A DNA stretch of 64,000 bases from a bacterium HR19 (GTDB lineage: Bacteria > Calescibacteriota > Calescibacteriia > Calescibacteriales > Calescibacteriaceae), in the NCBI GenBank assembly GCA_002898315.1, contig BEHV01000005.1:8859-72858 (forward strand), in the 5' to 3' direction. How positions within the stretch are numbered: the first letter of the stretch is position 1; each line of letters opens with the position of its first letter. The notes under the pieces are model-generated. The model had not been told where the DNA came from. It saw nothing but the letters and a program-made list of their open reading frames with translations, and did no database searches. Positions 1 through 9,873 of this stretch are shown in pieces. The translations under genes were made by a program, and so were the position numbers.

Positions 1-415
1 ACCCGGCACAAAAATGAAAGACATAAAAATAGATAGGGTATTTATAGGTTCTTGTACTAATGCTCGTCTTGAGGACCTTATTTTAGCTTCAAAGATAGTC
101 AAAGGAAGAAAAGTCGCTCCGCATGTCAGAGCTATGGTTGTTCCCGGTTCGCAGATGGTAAAATATCAAGCGGAAAAATTGGGACTTGATAAGATATTCA
201 AGGAAGCGGGCTTTGAGTGGAGAAACTCTGGTTGCTCAATGTGTCTTGGAATGAATGCAGATATATTGGCTCCCGGGGAAAGATGTGTTAGCACATCAAA
301 CAGAAACTATGAGGGGAGACAGGGAAGAGGAGGAAGGACTCATCTTGCAAGTCCTCTGGTTGCTGCTGCGTCTGCGATAGCTGGATTTATTGCTGACCCA
401 AGAGAGTTCTTATAA
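1..415 (+). CDS. leuC: 3-isopropylmalate dehydratase large subunit, C-terminal part (5'-truncated by window edge)
   Basis: Aconitase-family motifs [40 protein letters not shown]. Confidence 0.93.
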   Translation, partial: PGTKMKDIKIDRVFIGSCTNARLEDLILASKIVKGRKVAPHVRAMVVPGSQMVKYQAEKLGLDKIFKEAGFEWRNSGCSMCLGMNADILAPGERCVSTSNRNYEGRQGRGGRTHLASPLVAAASAIAGFIADPREFL

Positions 416-465
416 AAATGTTTTTCAGCTCAGAAAGTTTTATTTTTTATTTTTTTGAAGTTTTT

Positions 466-537
<72 letters not shown>

Positions 538-538
<1 letters not shown>

Positions 539-1770
539 CAAAATCCCTTACCTAAAACTTCCTTTATTTTCCTATATATCCTATCCAACTCCTGCTCTGC
601 TCTGCTCCTCTTTCTTTCTACATAACCTAAAATCTTCACTCTATCAATTCCTTTCTTTATTATGCTTGCAAATTCCCCCGGGGACCGCACGACAAACATA
701 ACCCCACTTTCAATAAGCTCATTTTTCTCTTTTATGTTCCACAGGTTCTCCCCCACTACCACAGGAAGACCAAAAGATATTGGTTCCAGAACATTATGCC
801 CCCCAAAAGGAAGTATAGTCCCGCCTACAAAAGCAAAACTCGCATAAGGAAGAACTTTATCTACCATACCATATCCGTCAATGAGAACAATTCTTGATTT
901 TCCTTCGCTTAAAATACTCTTCAGAGTATCATCTGAAATATGCGTCAAGCTTATAAAATCTATTCCTTTTTCTGTCATGAACTTTTTTATTCCTTCAAAG
1001 TTGTGCCGTGGAGCTATAAAAAGAGTGTAATCTTTCAGAATCTCTTTCGTCTTCAGGAGGAATTCTAACTCTTCTATTCCTCTCAGTGATATTCCCACTA
1101 TTGCTTTGCTCTTTTGAGCTTTATCTACTGGGAGATTGTGGTTCTTGATAAATATGAGATTTTTGAGGTCAATAGATGTTTGGACATTCTTGAATCCAGC
1201 GTACTTGAACCTTTCTGTGAATTCATCTCCTGCAGAAAATACGAAGTCCACATAAGAGAAAATTTCTCTCATCCGAAGTTTCCTGTATAGTTCTGCTGAC
1301 CTTTTGGAGATTTTCCCGCTTACTATTCCAATATTGCTCCCTTTATATTTTGCAGAAAGTATGTATCCTGGCCAGATGTCTTTCTCGTAAAATATAAGAA
1401 GCTTCAAAGAGTCCGGAATGAACTTTACGAGAACCGAAAAAAGAGGGGTTGGAATGATATGAACATTCCGAAAAGTTTCAAATGGAGTTTCTGTAAATAC
1501 CGTGTGAGCTATATGAGGTTTTAAGCCATCGGTGTTCAACTTCTCTCTTATCAGCTCAGAAAAGATAAGCGAATTTTTCGTCTCTCCAAGAGAAGATGAG
1601 TGAATTACTATATCTGCTTTTTCAATCTTTGAGATAGATTTTGACCTTGCTTGAATCCACCTTTTTATCCTTGGTCTAGAACTTTTATTGAGGTAGCTAT
1701 AAAGAATATATGTAAGTCCCGAAGGTGCAAATAAAAGATCATGAATTATACCTTTCAACAAAATATCCAT
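538..1770 (-). CDS. waaA: 3-deoxy-D-manno-octulosonic acid (Kdo) transferase
   Basis: IHSSSLGE, EKDIWP, APRH and FVGGTILPFGGHNVLEP motifs of KdtA/WaaA. Confidence 0.88.
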
Positions 1771-1797
1771 CGGTATTTGAAAGAATCCTGAAAATTT

Positions 1798-2439
1798 TTA
1801 TGTCTCTTTTTCTACGTGTTCTATTTCTGTTTCAACAGGTGTCTGGCGACCAAAAATAGAAATGAGAATTCTGACCTTTGTTCTATCTTCATTCACCCAT
1901 TCAACTATTCCACCAAACCCTTTGAGAGGACCAGATTTTATTCTTACCCTATCACCTATTGATACACTGAAAATTTTTCCAAGCTCACCACCTACCGATT
2001 TTGATTTCAAACTCTCGACTTTTTCATAAGTTATCGGAGATGGAATTCCTCTCTCTCCTATAAGGGCAACAACATTTGGGATTTTCTTTATCTTATCCCA
2101 GAGGAGTTCATCAAGTTCCATTTTCGCATAAACATAGCCAGAAATAACCTTCCTTTTTTTTACGATTTCTTTTTCTCCTTCCTTTGTTTTTCTCTTAACC
2201 TTGACATCTTCCTCTGGAACAAACACCTCTTTTATTCTTGGGTCTTGTTTCATAAGTTTTTCCATTTCTGTTTTAACGAAATCCTCTTTTCCGCTTCTTA
2301 CTCTTATCACCCACCACTTAGCTTTTTCTTCTTCTGGTGAAGATGTTTGAGTTACCTCAGTGCTCTTTTCTTCAATTAATTTCTCGCTCTCCGACTTTTG
2401 GTTTTTACCGTTAGTGAATTCATCTATTTCTGACATCAT
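1798..2439 (-). CDS. nusG: transcription termination/antitermination factor NusG (acidic N-terminal extension)
   Basis: KWWVIRVRSGKE NGN start, KOW domain GDRVRIKSGPLKGFGG, IFGRQTPVE; follows secE. Confidence 0.95.
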   Translation of the reverse strand: MMSEIDEFTNGKNQKSESEKLIEEKSTEVTQTSSPEEEKAKWWVIRVRSGKEDFVKTEMEKLMKQDPRIKEVFVPEEDVKVKRKTKEGEKEIVKKRKVISGYVYAKMELDELLWDKIKKIPNVVALIGERGIPSPITYEKVESLKSKSVGGELGKIFSVSIGDRVRIKSGPLKGFGGIVEWVNEDRTKVRILISIFGRQTPVETEIEHVEKET

Positions 2440-2470
2440 ACTTTCTTACCTTCCTTTCTTCATTCAAAAA

Positions 2471-2650
2471 TCAGAATATCAGTTTGAAAATCCTTGAAAA
2501 CACAAAGTCAATCACTCCAATAATTGCAGAAACAATAAATACCATCGCGATAACCGAAAGAGTGGTTGCTCTCACTATATCAATTTTTGGGAATTCAACT
2601 TTCTTCAGCTCGCCTACTGATTCGCTCACGAACTTAGTTATCTTTTCCAT
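2471..2650 (-). CDS. secE: preprotein translocase subunit SecE (59 aa, absent from ORF track)
   Basis: Manual translation MEKITKFVSESVGELKKVEFPKIDIVRATTLSVIAMVFIVSAIIGVIDFVFSRIFKLIF: ELKKVxFP motif plus one TM helix, between tRNA-Trp and nusG. Confidence 0.93.
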   Translation of the reverse strand: MEKITKFVSESVGELKKVEFPKIDIVRATTLSVIAMVFIVSAIIGVIDFVFSRIFKLIF

Positions 2651-2672
2651 AATTAAATTGAACTTATACGGG

Positions 2673-2745
2673 TAGGTCCGGCAGGACTCGAACCTGCAAC
2701 CTTCGGATTTGGAATCCGATGCTCTACCTGTTGAGCTACGGACCT
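2673..2745 (-). tRNA. tRNA-Trp(CCA)
   Basis: AGGTCCG/CGGACCT acceptor stem, anticodon arm TCGGA-TTCCAAA-TCCGA, GTTCGAGTC; canonical position between rpmG and secE. Confidence 0.95.
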
Positions 2746-2799
2746 ACCTCACCAATCTTGATATTAATAATTTTTTCAAACTTTCTTTTATTTTTTGAT

Positions 2800-2952
2800 T
2801 TATTTAACTTCCTTGTGGATAGTATGTTTTCTACACCACTTACAGTATTTCCTGACCTGTAATTTCTCTTTCTTCTTTCTTGTGTTTTTTGTTGTTGAGT
2901 AATTTCTCCTCTGACACTCTGAACATTCAAGTTCTATCGGTTCTCTTTCCAT
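2800..2952 (-). CDS. rpmG: 50S ribosomal protein L33, Zn-binding type (50 aa, absent from ORF track)
   Basis: Manual translation MEREPIELECSECQRRNYSTTKNTRKKKEKLQVRKYCKWCRKHTIHKEVK; directly after tuf. Confidence 0.95.
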   Translation of the reverse strand: MEREPIELECSECQRRNYSTTKNTRKKKEKLQVRKYCKWCRKHTIHKEVK

Positions 2953-2977
2953 AGCTTATTTACCAAGTTACTTGAAG

Positions 2978-4180
2978 TTATTCAATAATTTCGGTCACAA
3001 CTCCGGCACCTACTGTTCTTCCTCCCTCTCTTATAGCGAACCTCATTCCTTTTTCTATGGCAACATATTCTATAAGCTCAATAGTCAGGTTCACATTGTC
3101 TCCCGGCATAACCATTTCAACTCCTTCTGGCAGTATTATCTCTCCGGTGACATCAGCGGTTCTTATATAAAACTGAGGTTTGTAGTGTGAGTAAAACGGA
3201 GTGTGTCTTCCTCCCTCTTCTTTTGTGAGGACATAAACTTCTGCTTTGAATTTCTTGTGTGGTTTGATAGTTCCGGGTTTTGCGACGACCTGCCCCCTCC
3301 AGACCTCTTCTTTTGATACACCTCTCAGAAGTATTCCTACATTATCACCCGGGAGAGCTTCATCAAGGATTTTCCTGAACATTTCAATAGATACCGCAAC
3401 TGTTTTTATGGGTCTATCTGAACCACCTATTATTTCTACTTCTTCTCCTGGTTTGAGGACTCCTCTTTCTACTCTTCCTGTCACAACCGTTCCTCTACCT
3501 TGAATCAGGAAAACATCTTCTATGGGCATAAGGAATGGTTTATCTACATCTCTTATGGGTTCTTCTATATACGAATCAACGGCATCGAGAAGTTCCCATA
3601 TTTTTCCGCACCATTGGCATTCTCTTTTTCCGCATCCACATTGGACTGCTTTGAGAGCGCTTCCTTTGATAACGGGTACTTCGTCTCCGGGGTATCCATA
3701 TTTTGAGAGTAAATCTCTGACCTCAGCTTCAACGAGGTCAACTATTTCAGGGTCATCAACATCGTCTATCTTATTTATGAAGACAACGATTTTTTTGACA
3801 TTAACCTGTCTTGAAAGGAGTATATGTTCTCTTGTTTGAGGCATTGCTCCATCTGTGGCTGAAACAACGAGTATTGCACCATCCATCTGAGCTGCTCCTG
3901 TTATCATGTTTTTTACATAGTCGGCATGCCCTGGGCAGTCAATATGAGCGTAATGTCTTTTTTCGGTCTCGTATTCAATATGAGATATGTTTATGGTCAG
4001 CCCTCTTGCTTTTTCTTCGGGAGCTTTGTCTATTGCTTCATAAGGCAGGTACTGAGCTAACCCGTGCTGAGATAGAACCCTTGTTATGGCAGAAGAAAGA
4101 GTAGTTTTCCCGTGGTCTACATGCCCTATTGTTCCTACATTTACGTGAGGTTTCTTCCTTTCAAACTTAGGTTTTGCCAT
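2978..4180 (-). CDS. tuf: elongation factor Tu
   Basis: [40 protein letters not shown]; GGAGG RBS. Confidence 0.99.
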   Translation of the reverse strand: MAKPKFERKKPHVNVGTIGHVDHGKTTLSSAITRVLSQHGLAQYLPYEAIDKAPEEKARGLTINISHIEYETEKRHYAHIDCPGHADYVKNMITGAAQMDGAILVVSATDGAMPQTREHILLSRQVNVKKIVVFINKIDDVDDPEIVDLVEAEVRDLLSKYGYPGDEVPVIKGSALKAVQCGCGKRECQWCGKIWELLDAVDSYIEEPIRDVDKPFLMPIEDVFLIQGRGTVVTGRVERGVLKPGEEVEIIGGSDRPIKTVAVSIEMFRKILDEALPGDNVGILLRGVSKEEVWRGQVVAKPGTIKPHKKFKAEVYVLTKEEGGRHTPFYSHYKPQFYIRTADVTGEIILPEGVEMVMPGDNVNLTIELIEYVAIEKGMRFAIREGGRTVGAGVVTEIIE

Positions 4181-4380
4181 AATGCTTTACCTCCTTTTTA
4201 TTTTGCCATGATAAAAAAATTAATCTCTAAAACCTTTCATACAAAAAAATAAAAATGCTCAATAAATAAAAGTGATTTGCTAAATAAGAACAACATAATA
4301 ATAAAAACCCGAAATCGTATCTAAAATTCAGGAAATTTCACTTTTCACATAAAAGATAGGGGAGAAAAATTCTCGGCTTT

Positions 4381-4770
4381 TTATTCTATACCTTTTAACC
4401 TAAGCAGATTTCCTACCTTTGATAAAAACATGTCTATTTTTACCGGTTTGGTAAAATAGAGGTCTGCTCCTGCCTCAAAGGCGATCTGCATATCTTTCTC
4501 TCCCGCCTCAGTAGAAACGATTACAACAGGTGAATCTTTATACCTTGCAGTCTTTCTCAACCTTCTCACAAACGATATTCCATCAAGACCTGGCATGTTT
4601 ATATCAACAACAAAGAGTTTCACATCGTGCTCCAGTGATTTTTCTATCGCATCTATTCCATCTACCGCTTCTACTGGCTCAAAGCCAAGCTTCCTCACCA
4701 TGTTTGAAATTATCTTCCTCACTATCTCCGAATCATCTACAACAAGTGCTATTTTTTTGTTCCCCTCCAT
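4381..4770 (-). CDS. single-domain response regulator (CheY-like)
   Basis: VVDDS, DINMPGLDG phospho-acceptor, TKP motif. Confidence 0.9.
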   Translation of the reverse strand: MEGNKKIALVVDDSEIVRKIISNMVRKLGFEPVEAVDGIDAIEKSLEHDVKLFVVDINMPGLDGISFVRRLRKTARYKDSPVVIVSTEAGEKDMQIAFEAGADLYFTKPVKIDMFLSKVGNLLRLKGIE

Positions 4771-4922
4771 AGTTTCTATTTTTCGGAAATAAAAAAATTT
4801 TAAGAAGAAAAAAACAAAGGCAACTACAATAAATTTTAATCAAAGATCATAAAAAATTATGATTGATGAAAAATCACCTGAAAGATAAAAATAGAGAGCA
4901 ATAAAATTTAAAATCTCAAAAT

Positions 4923-6239
4923 ATGGGGAAGAAAAAGTTCAAGATTGGAGTTGTCGGGGCTGGATATGTGGGACTCGTGACATCATCATGTCTTGCTGAA
5001 CTCGGACACAATGTGATATGCTATGATAAAGATAAAGAAAAAATAAGAGAACTCAACAAAGGGAAAAGTCCAATATATGAGCCGGGATTAGAAGAACTGA
5101 TAAAAAATAATCTTGGGAGAAAACTTAATTTCACCGATAGAGCAGAAGATATATATCCGGAAAGCGAAGTTATTTTCATATGCGTTGGAACTCCTTCTTC
5201 GCAAGATGGAAAGCCCGATATGTCTTATGTTGAAACATGCGCTATTGAACTTGCAAAATTTATTACCGACTATAAACTCGTTGTGGAAAAAAGCACAGTC
5301 CCGATAAGAACAGCGGAGTGGATAGAAAGAACGATAAAACTTTACAACCCAAAAGCGAATTTTGATGTCGCGTCTAATCCGGAGTTTTTACGCGAAGGTT
5401 CCGGAATACACGACTTTTTTCAACCCGATAGAATAGTCATAGGAGTAAATTCTGAGAAGGCAAAAGAAATACTGCTTCAGATATACAACGATGATGATTT
5501 CAAGTGTCCAAAACTCATAACAGATGTGAAAACCGCAGAGGCAATAAAGCATGCTTCAAACTCTTTTTTAGCTCTCAAAATCTCATACATAAATATGGTT
5601 GCAGATTTTTGCGAGAAGGCAGGGATAGACGTAGATCTGGTAGCAGAAGGTATGGGACTTGACAAAAGGATAGGAAGAAGTTTCCTGAAAGCGGGATTAG
5701 GATGGGGGGGAAGTTGCTTCCCAAAAGATGTCAAGGCGTTCGTAAAAATGGCAGAAGACCTGCAAGTTGATTTCTCAATACTCAAAGAAGCATACAGAGT
5801 CAATGAAAGAAGAATAGAGGTTTTCATAAAGAAGGTGAAAGATGCTCTCTGGGTCATAAAGGGAAAAAGGATTGCTGTATGGGGGCTTTCTTTCAAGCCG
5901 AACACCGATGATATAAGAGAGTCACCCGCACTCAAAATAATTCCCTTACTTCTCAACGATGGTGCATTCCTTTCTTTGTATGACCCGAAAGCTATGGAAA
6001 ACGCAAAAAAAATCTTCCCCCCATCAGATAAAGTCCACTATGCTAACTCCCTTGAGGAATCTGTAATAGGTGCCCACGCTCTCGCAATAATAACAGATTG
6101 GGATGAATTCAAAAATGCAGACCTCAACAGAATAAAAGACCTTATGCTAACTCACATAATAATTGATGGAAGAAATATCTTTGACCCGAAAAAAGTGAGA
6201 GAAATGGGATTTTTATACTACCCTATGGGAAAGCCATAA
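4923..6239 (+). CDS. ugd: UDP-glucose/GDP-mannose 6-dehydrogenase
   Basis: GAGYVG, SNPEFLREG, GGSCFPKD catalytic Cys, FKPNTDDIRES, DGRN. Confidence 0.93.
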   Translation: MGKKKFKIGVVGAGYVGLVTSSCLAELGHNVICYDKDKEKIRELNKGKSPIYEPGLEELIKNNLGRKLNFTDRAEDIYPESEVIFICVGTPSSQDGKPDMSYVETCAIELAKFITDYKLVVEKSTVPIRTAEWIERTIKLYNPKANFDVASNPEFLREGSGIHDFFQPDRIVIGVNSEKAKEILLQIYNDDDFKCPKLITDVKTAEAIKHASNSFLALKISYINMVADFCEKAGIDVDLVAEGMGLDKRIGRSFLKAGLGWGGSCFPKDVKAFVKMAEDLQVDFSILKEAYRVNERRIEVFIKKVKDALWVIKGKRIAVWGLSFKPNTDDIRESPALKIIPLLLNDGAFLSLYDPKAMENAKKIFPPSDKVHYANSLEESVIGAHALAIITDWDEFKNADLNRIKDLMLTHIIIDGRNIFDPKKVREMGFLYYPMGKP

Positions 6240-6254
6240 ATTTTTACGATTTAT

Positions 6255-6329
6255 GTGCCTGTAGTTCAGAGGAAGAACGCCGGACTCCGGATCCGGAGGT
6301 CGCGGGTTCAAGTCCCGCCAGGCACGCCA
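6255..6329 (+). tRNA. tRNA-Arg(CCG)
   Basis: GTGCCTG/CAGGCAC acceptor stem, anticodon arm CCGGA-CTCCGGA-TCCGG, GTTCAAGTC, encoded CCA. Confidence 0.95.
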
Positions 6330-6340
6330 AAAATGTCTGG

Positions 6341-7246
6341 ATGGAACAAGAAAAACAAATCAAAATCGTAGAAGTATCACCAAGAGACGGACTTCAAAAC
6401 GAAAAAGAAATACTTCCACCAGAGAAGAAAAAAGAACTCATAGAATCACTCTGTGAAACTGGGGTTGATGAAATAGAGGTTGGTTCTTTTGTCTCTCCAA
6501 AAGCAGTCCCTCAGATGAAAGATACAGATAACCTCCTGCTTATGATAAACAAAAAAAACGGAGTGAAATTTTCTGTCCTGATACCAAATATGAAAGGATT
6601 TGAAAGGATGATGAACATACCCGAGTCAAAAAGACCGGAAAAAATAGCGGTATTCACAGCAGCATCAGATACATTCAACCTGAAAAACATAAACGCAACA
6701 GTAGAAGATTCTTTTAAAATTATAAAACCAGTTATAGAGGAGGCGAAAAAACTTAAATTTGAGGTGAGAGCTTATATTTCAACTGCATTCTGGTGTCCCT
6801 TTGAAGGAAAGGTAAAGCCAGAAAAAGTCATATATGTAGCAGAAAAATTATTTGAGCTCGGAGTAGATGAGGTTTCTGTTGGAGATACGATAGGCAGGGC
6901 TTCTCCGAAAGATGTCTCCGAACTTCTTTCTCTGCTCTTGAAGAAGATCAGCCGAGATAAAATAGCTCTTCACTTCCATAACACATACGGAATGGCTGTT
7001 TTGAACTCTTTCATATCATTCAGAGATTTTGGAATAAGAACTTTTGATAGTTCTGCTGGGGGACTTGGCGGATGTCCATTCGCTCCCGGAGCTTCCGGGA
7101 ATGTCGCAACAGAAGACCTCATCTTTATGTTTGAAAACTCGGGAGTAAAAACAGGGGTTGATTTCAAAAAGGTCATGTCAGCTGTTTTAAAGCTTGAAAT
7201 TCCTCTGAGATCCTCACTCTCAAAAATCCAAAAAATAATTGAGTAA
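6341..7246 (+). CDS. hydroxymethylglutaryl-CoA lyase
   Basis: EVSPRDGLQNE, LHFHNTYG, GGLGGCPFAPGASGNVATEDL. Confidence 0.92.
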   Translation: MEQEKQIKIVEVSPRDGLQNEKEILPPEKKKELIESLCETGVDEIEVGSFVSPKAVPQMKDTDNLLLMINKKNGVKFSVLIPNMKGFERMMNIPESKRPEKIAVFTAASDTFNLKNINATVEDSFKIIKPVIEEAKKLKFEVRAYISTAFWCPFEGKVKPEKVIYVAEKLFELGVDEVSVGDTIGRASPKDVSELLSLLLKKISRDKIALHFHNTYGMAVLNSFISFRDFGIRTFDSSAGGLGGCPFAPGASGNVATEDLIFMFENSGVKTGVDFKKVMSAVLKLEIPLRSSLSKIQKIIE

Positions 7247-7247
7247 G

Positions 7248-8327
7248 ATGATAGACGAGAGAGAAATAAAATCCCTTCTCAAAAAGCTCATAAGAATAAG
7301 GAGTGTATCGGGTCATGAAGGAGATATTTTAAAATTCATCAACTCTATTCTCTCTGACATCGGTTATAATACTGCAAAGATTTTCATTGAGAAAGGAAAA
7401 AGAGAACGATATAATCTTGTATGTGGAGATGGAGAGGTAGGAATATGCGCGCATGTTGACACTGTACCAGAACTCGGAATGAAAAACGCTTTTTCACCAT
7501 ACGAAAAAAATGGTATAATATACGGGCGAGGAAGCTCAGATAACAAAGGTTCAATCGCTGGACTCATATTATCTTTATATCACTACAAAAAGGTCGCAAA
7601 AAAGCTCCCAAAATTGTTTATCGCATTTACAGTAGATGAAGAAGAGTGGACTGCGGACGGAGCAAAAAAGCTGATAGAGCATCTTGACGGTCTGAAAGAG
7701 ATGATAGTGCTTGAACCCACAGACCTCAAAATATGCACAGAACAAGAAGGTTCTTTTGAGTTTGAATTAGAGGTTGAAGCCAATCTCTCTGCACACGCTT
7801 CATTTTTTGAAAAATACCATAACCCAATAAAAATACTCTTTCATGCGATTGAGAAAATAGAAAAAGATTTGAAGAGAAAAACTAACATTCTGGAAATAAG
7901 CGGAGGGTGGAGATACTACGCTGTTCCAAAAAACGCAAAGTCCCTCGTTGAAATAAAAATGAAAAAAGGAGAAAAAAAAGAGTGGATTGAAAACAGAATA
8001 AAAGAGATGATAAAATCTGAATCAAAAAAATTTGAAAATACCAGAATAAACTTCAAAATCATAGATATTGAAGAATACTTAATCTTCAAAAAGGGAAAAC
8101 TTGTAGAGAGATTAGAAAAAGCTTTTCGTAAAGAAGGATTAGCTCCCGCGTTCGGAGTTATGACTTCGTGGACCGAAGCTGCAGAGTTCCACAAGGCAGG
8201 TATTGAGTGTGTTGTGTTCGGTCCAGGAAACCTTGAACACTCACATACAGATAAAGAACACATAAAAATAAAAGATATAAAGACATTCTCAGAAATTCTC
8301 CTCAACCTTTTTGTGCTTTACCTTTGA
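7248..8327 (+). CDS. M20/M25/M40 family metallohydrolase (ArgE/DapE-like)
   Basis: AHVDTVP, YGRGSSDNKG, DEEE, EPT, GPG..HSHT..E; ATG at 7248 preferred over TTG at 7239. Confidence 0.88.
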   Translation: MIDEREIKSLLKKLIRIRSVSGHEGDILKFINSILSDIGYNTAKIFIEKGKRERYNLVCGDGEVGICAHVDTVPELGMKNAFSPYEKNGIIYGRGSSDNKGSIAGLILSLYHYKKVAKKLPKLFIAFTVDEEEWTADGAKKLIEHLDGLKEMIVLEPTDLKICTEQEGSFEFELEVEANLSAHASFFEKYHNPIKILFHAIEKIEKDLKRKTNILEISGGWRYYAVPKNAKSLVEIKMKKGEKKEWIENRIKEMIKSESKKFENTRINFKIIDIEEYLIFKKGKLVERLEKAFRKEGLAPAFGVMTSWTEAAEFHKAGIECVVFGPGNLEHSHTDKEHIKIKDIKTFSEILLNLFVLYL

Positions 8328-8329
8328 AA

Positions 8330-9775
8330 TCACTCTCCCAAAGTTATATCTGCTGATATAATTGAAGAAATATATTTCCCTTCGTTTTCTTCTCCTGATT
8401 GAAGTGTCTTTTGAAGTTCCTCTGCCATTTTTTTCTGTTCATCTACTCCGTACCGAGATAAGTCAAATGTCCAAGGACCGAGAACAATAAACCCTCCATC
8501 TGGAAACATTATCTCTCCTTTTTCTCCGTAAGTGAGTTTATCAAGAGGTAAAAGCCCGATATAATTTATATCTCTTCTTGTTCTTTTATCTCTTCCCGTT
8601 ATTGCTGTCTGTCCGTCAAAAGATATATCAAAAAGATTACCAACCATCATAGGATTTATGTTATATTTTATGCTTTTTTGCCTTATCTGGATTTTCTGAA
8701 ATTCACACTTTTTCTCTCCGGGTAGAAAAAGTGCTTGATGAGGATTTGTGCATCCGATATAGTAGTTCTGCTGTATGCTACCCATGGTTGAGCCAAGCCA
8801 CTCAAGAGGTTGCCAGTAGCCAAGTCCTCCCGTAGTAGCCCAAGCTCCGGAATTCGCATCGGGTTGAAGCAGGACATCGCACCCCTTCTTATCAAGCTCA
8901 TAAATGTACTCGGGAACAAAAGCATCTAAACTTATTGCAATACATAAATCAATTTCAGTCCCAGGAATTCTGAAAACAGTTAATTCTTCATATTTTCCAG
9001 ATGAGAGACTGAGAAGCTGAACCTCGGTGGGAACAAGATTCACCTTCTTTGTCTGATGAACTATTTTACCTTCTGGCGAGAAAATGAAGCAAGAATTCCA
9101 GACATCTGATGTTGTAGCTTTGTAGAAAAATTCACTTTGCACAAGGTCATCTACAAAGTCCGAAATTTTTCCTTCTCTCTCCTGTGTAATATACGGATAT
9201 GGAGAATCTTGACACGAGACCACCCATACCCCATAGCTTTTCGCAAAATATGAAAATGTGTTGAAAAAAATTCTCCACATCGTATCTGTAAGAGCTAAAA
9301 ATATCTGTCTCCCAAGCATAGTTGAGATTTCTGGAAAATTTTGAGTATAGTAGCTTATTGCATTTGACCATTTTTGAGATATAGAAGATGCTGCTACAAG
9401 TAAATTCTTCTCCTTTCTCGCTTCTTTACCTCTCTCTCCGAAGAAAATCAGAGGCAGTCCTGCGTGCTCCTCAAAAACAACAACATTTTGGTATTTTTTA
9501 GAAAAATAAGGTTTTATGAACTGAATAAACTTCTCATATGATGTGCGGAATTTCTCTTCGCTTTCAAGGTCTTCTATGTCAAACTTGTGTCCAATTGCAA
9601 AAGCTCTTATTGATTTTTCAGGAGCAAAAGATTCGTCGTATCTGGACATAAAAACAAACCTATCACCATCTTGAAAAACCCCTTCCGATTTTATACTCTC
9701 TTCTTCTTTTTTAGCGCACGATAAAAAAATCAATAGTAGCAGAAAAGAAATAAGCTCTCTTTTTGACATAATCAA
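8330..9775 (-). CDS. carbon-nitrogen hydrolase (nitrilase-superfamily) lipoprotein
   Basis: Lipobox IFLSC; VVVFEEH (Glu), WNSCFIFSPEG...TKKVNLVP (Lys), AISLDAFVPE at the nucleophile position. Confidence 0.7.
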   Translation of the reverse strand: MIMSKRELISFLLLLIFLSCAKKEEESIKSEGVFQDGDRFVFMSRYDESFAPEKSIRAFAIGHKFDIEDLESEEKFRTSYEKFIQFIKPYFSKKYQNVVVFEEHAGLPLIFFGERGKEARKEKNLLVAASSISQKWSNAISYYTQNFPEISTMLGRQIFLALTDTMWRIFFNTFSYFAKSYGVWVVSCQDSPYPYITQEREGKISDFVDDLVQSEFFYKATTSDVWNSCFIFSPEGKIVHQTKKVNLVPTEVQLLSLSSGKYEELTVFRIPGTEIDLCIAISLDAFVPEYIYELDKKGCDVLLQPDANSGAWATTGGLGYWQPLEWLGSTMGSIQQNYYIGCTNPHQALFLPGEKKCEFQKIQIRQKSIKYNINPMMVGNLFDISFDGQTAITGRDKRTRRDINYIGLLPLDKLTYGEKGEIMFPDGGFIVLGPWTFDLSRYGVDEQKKMAEELQKTLQSGEENEGKYISSIISADITLGE

Positions 9776-9873
9776 AATTTTAAAATTTCTTCTTCTCGTT
9801 TTGATTTTCTGGTAATGTAGTTTCTGAAAAAGTTTCCTGAAAAAATTTTAAGGTTTACAAAGAGGAGAAAAAT

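Noticed and set aside
2484-2930. ORFs 2484..2675 (+) and 2736..2930 (-) in the track
   Set aside because: Antisense and off-frame shadows of secE and rpmG, which were below the track's length cut-off.
9810-9860. Possible BirA operator upstream of bioB (GGTTTACA)
   Set aside because: Only the right half-site is present; no TGTAAAC-like left half at the expected spacing.
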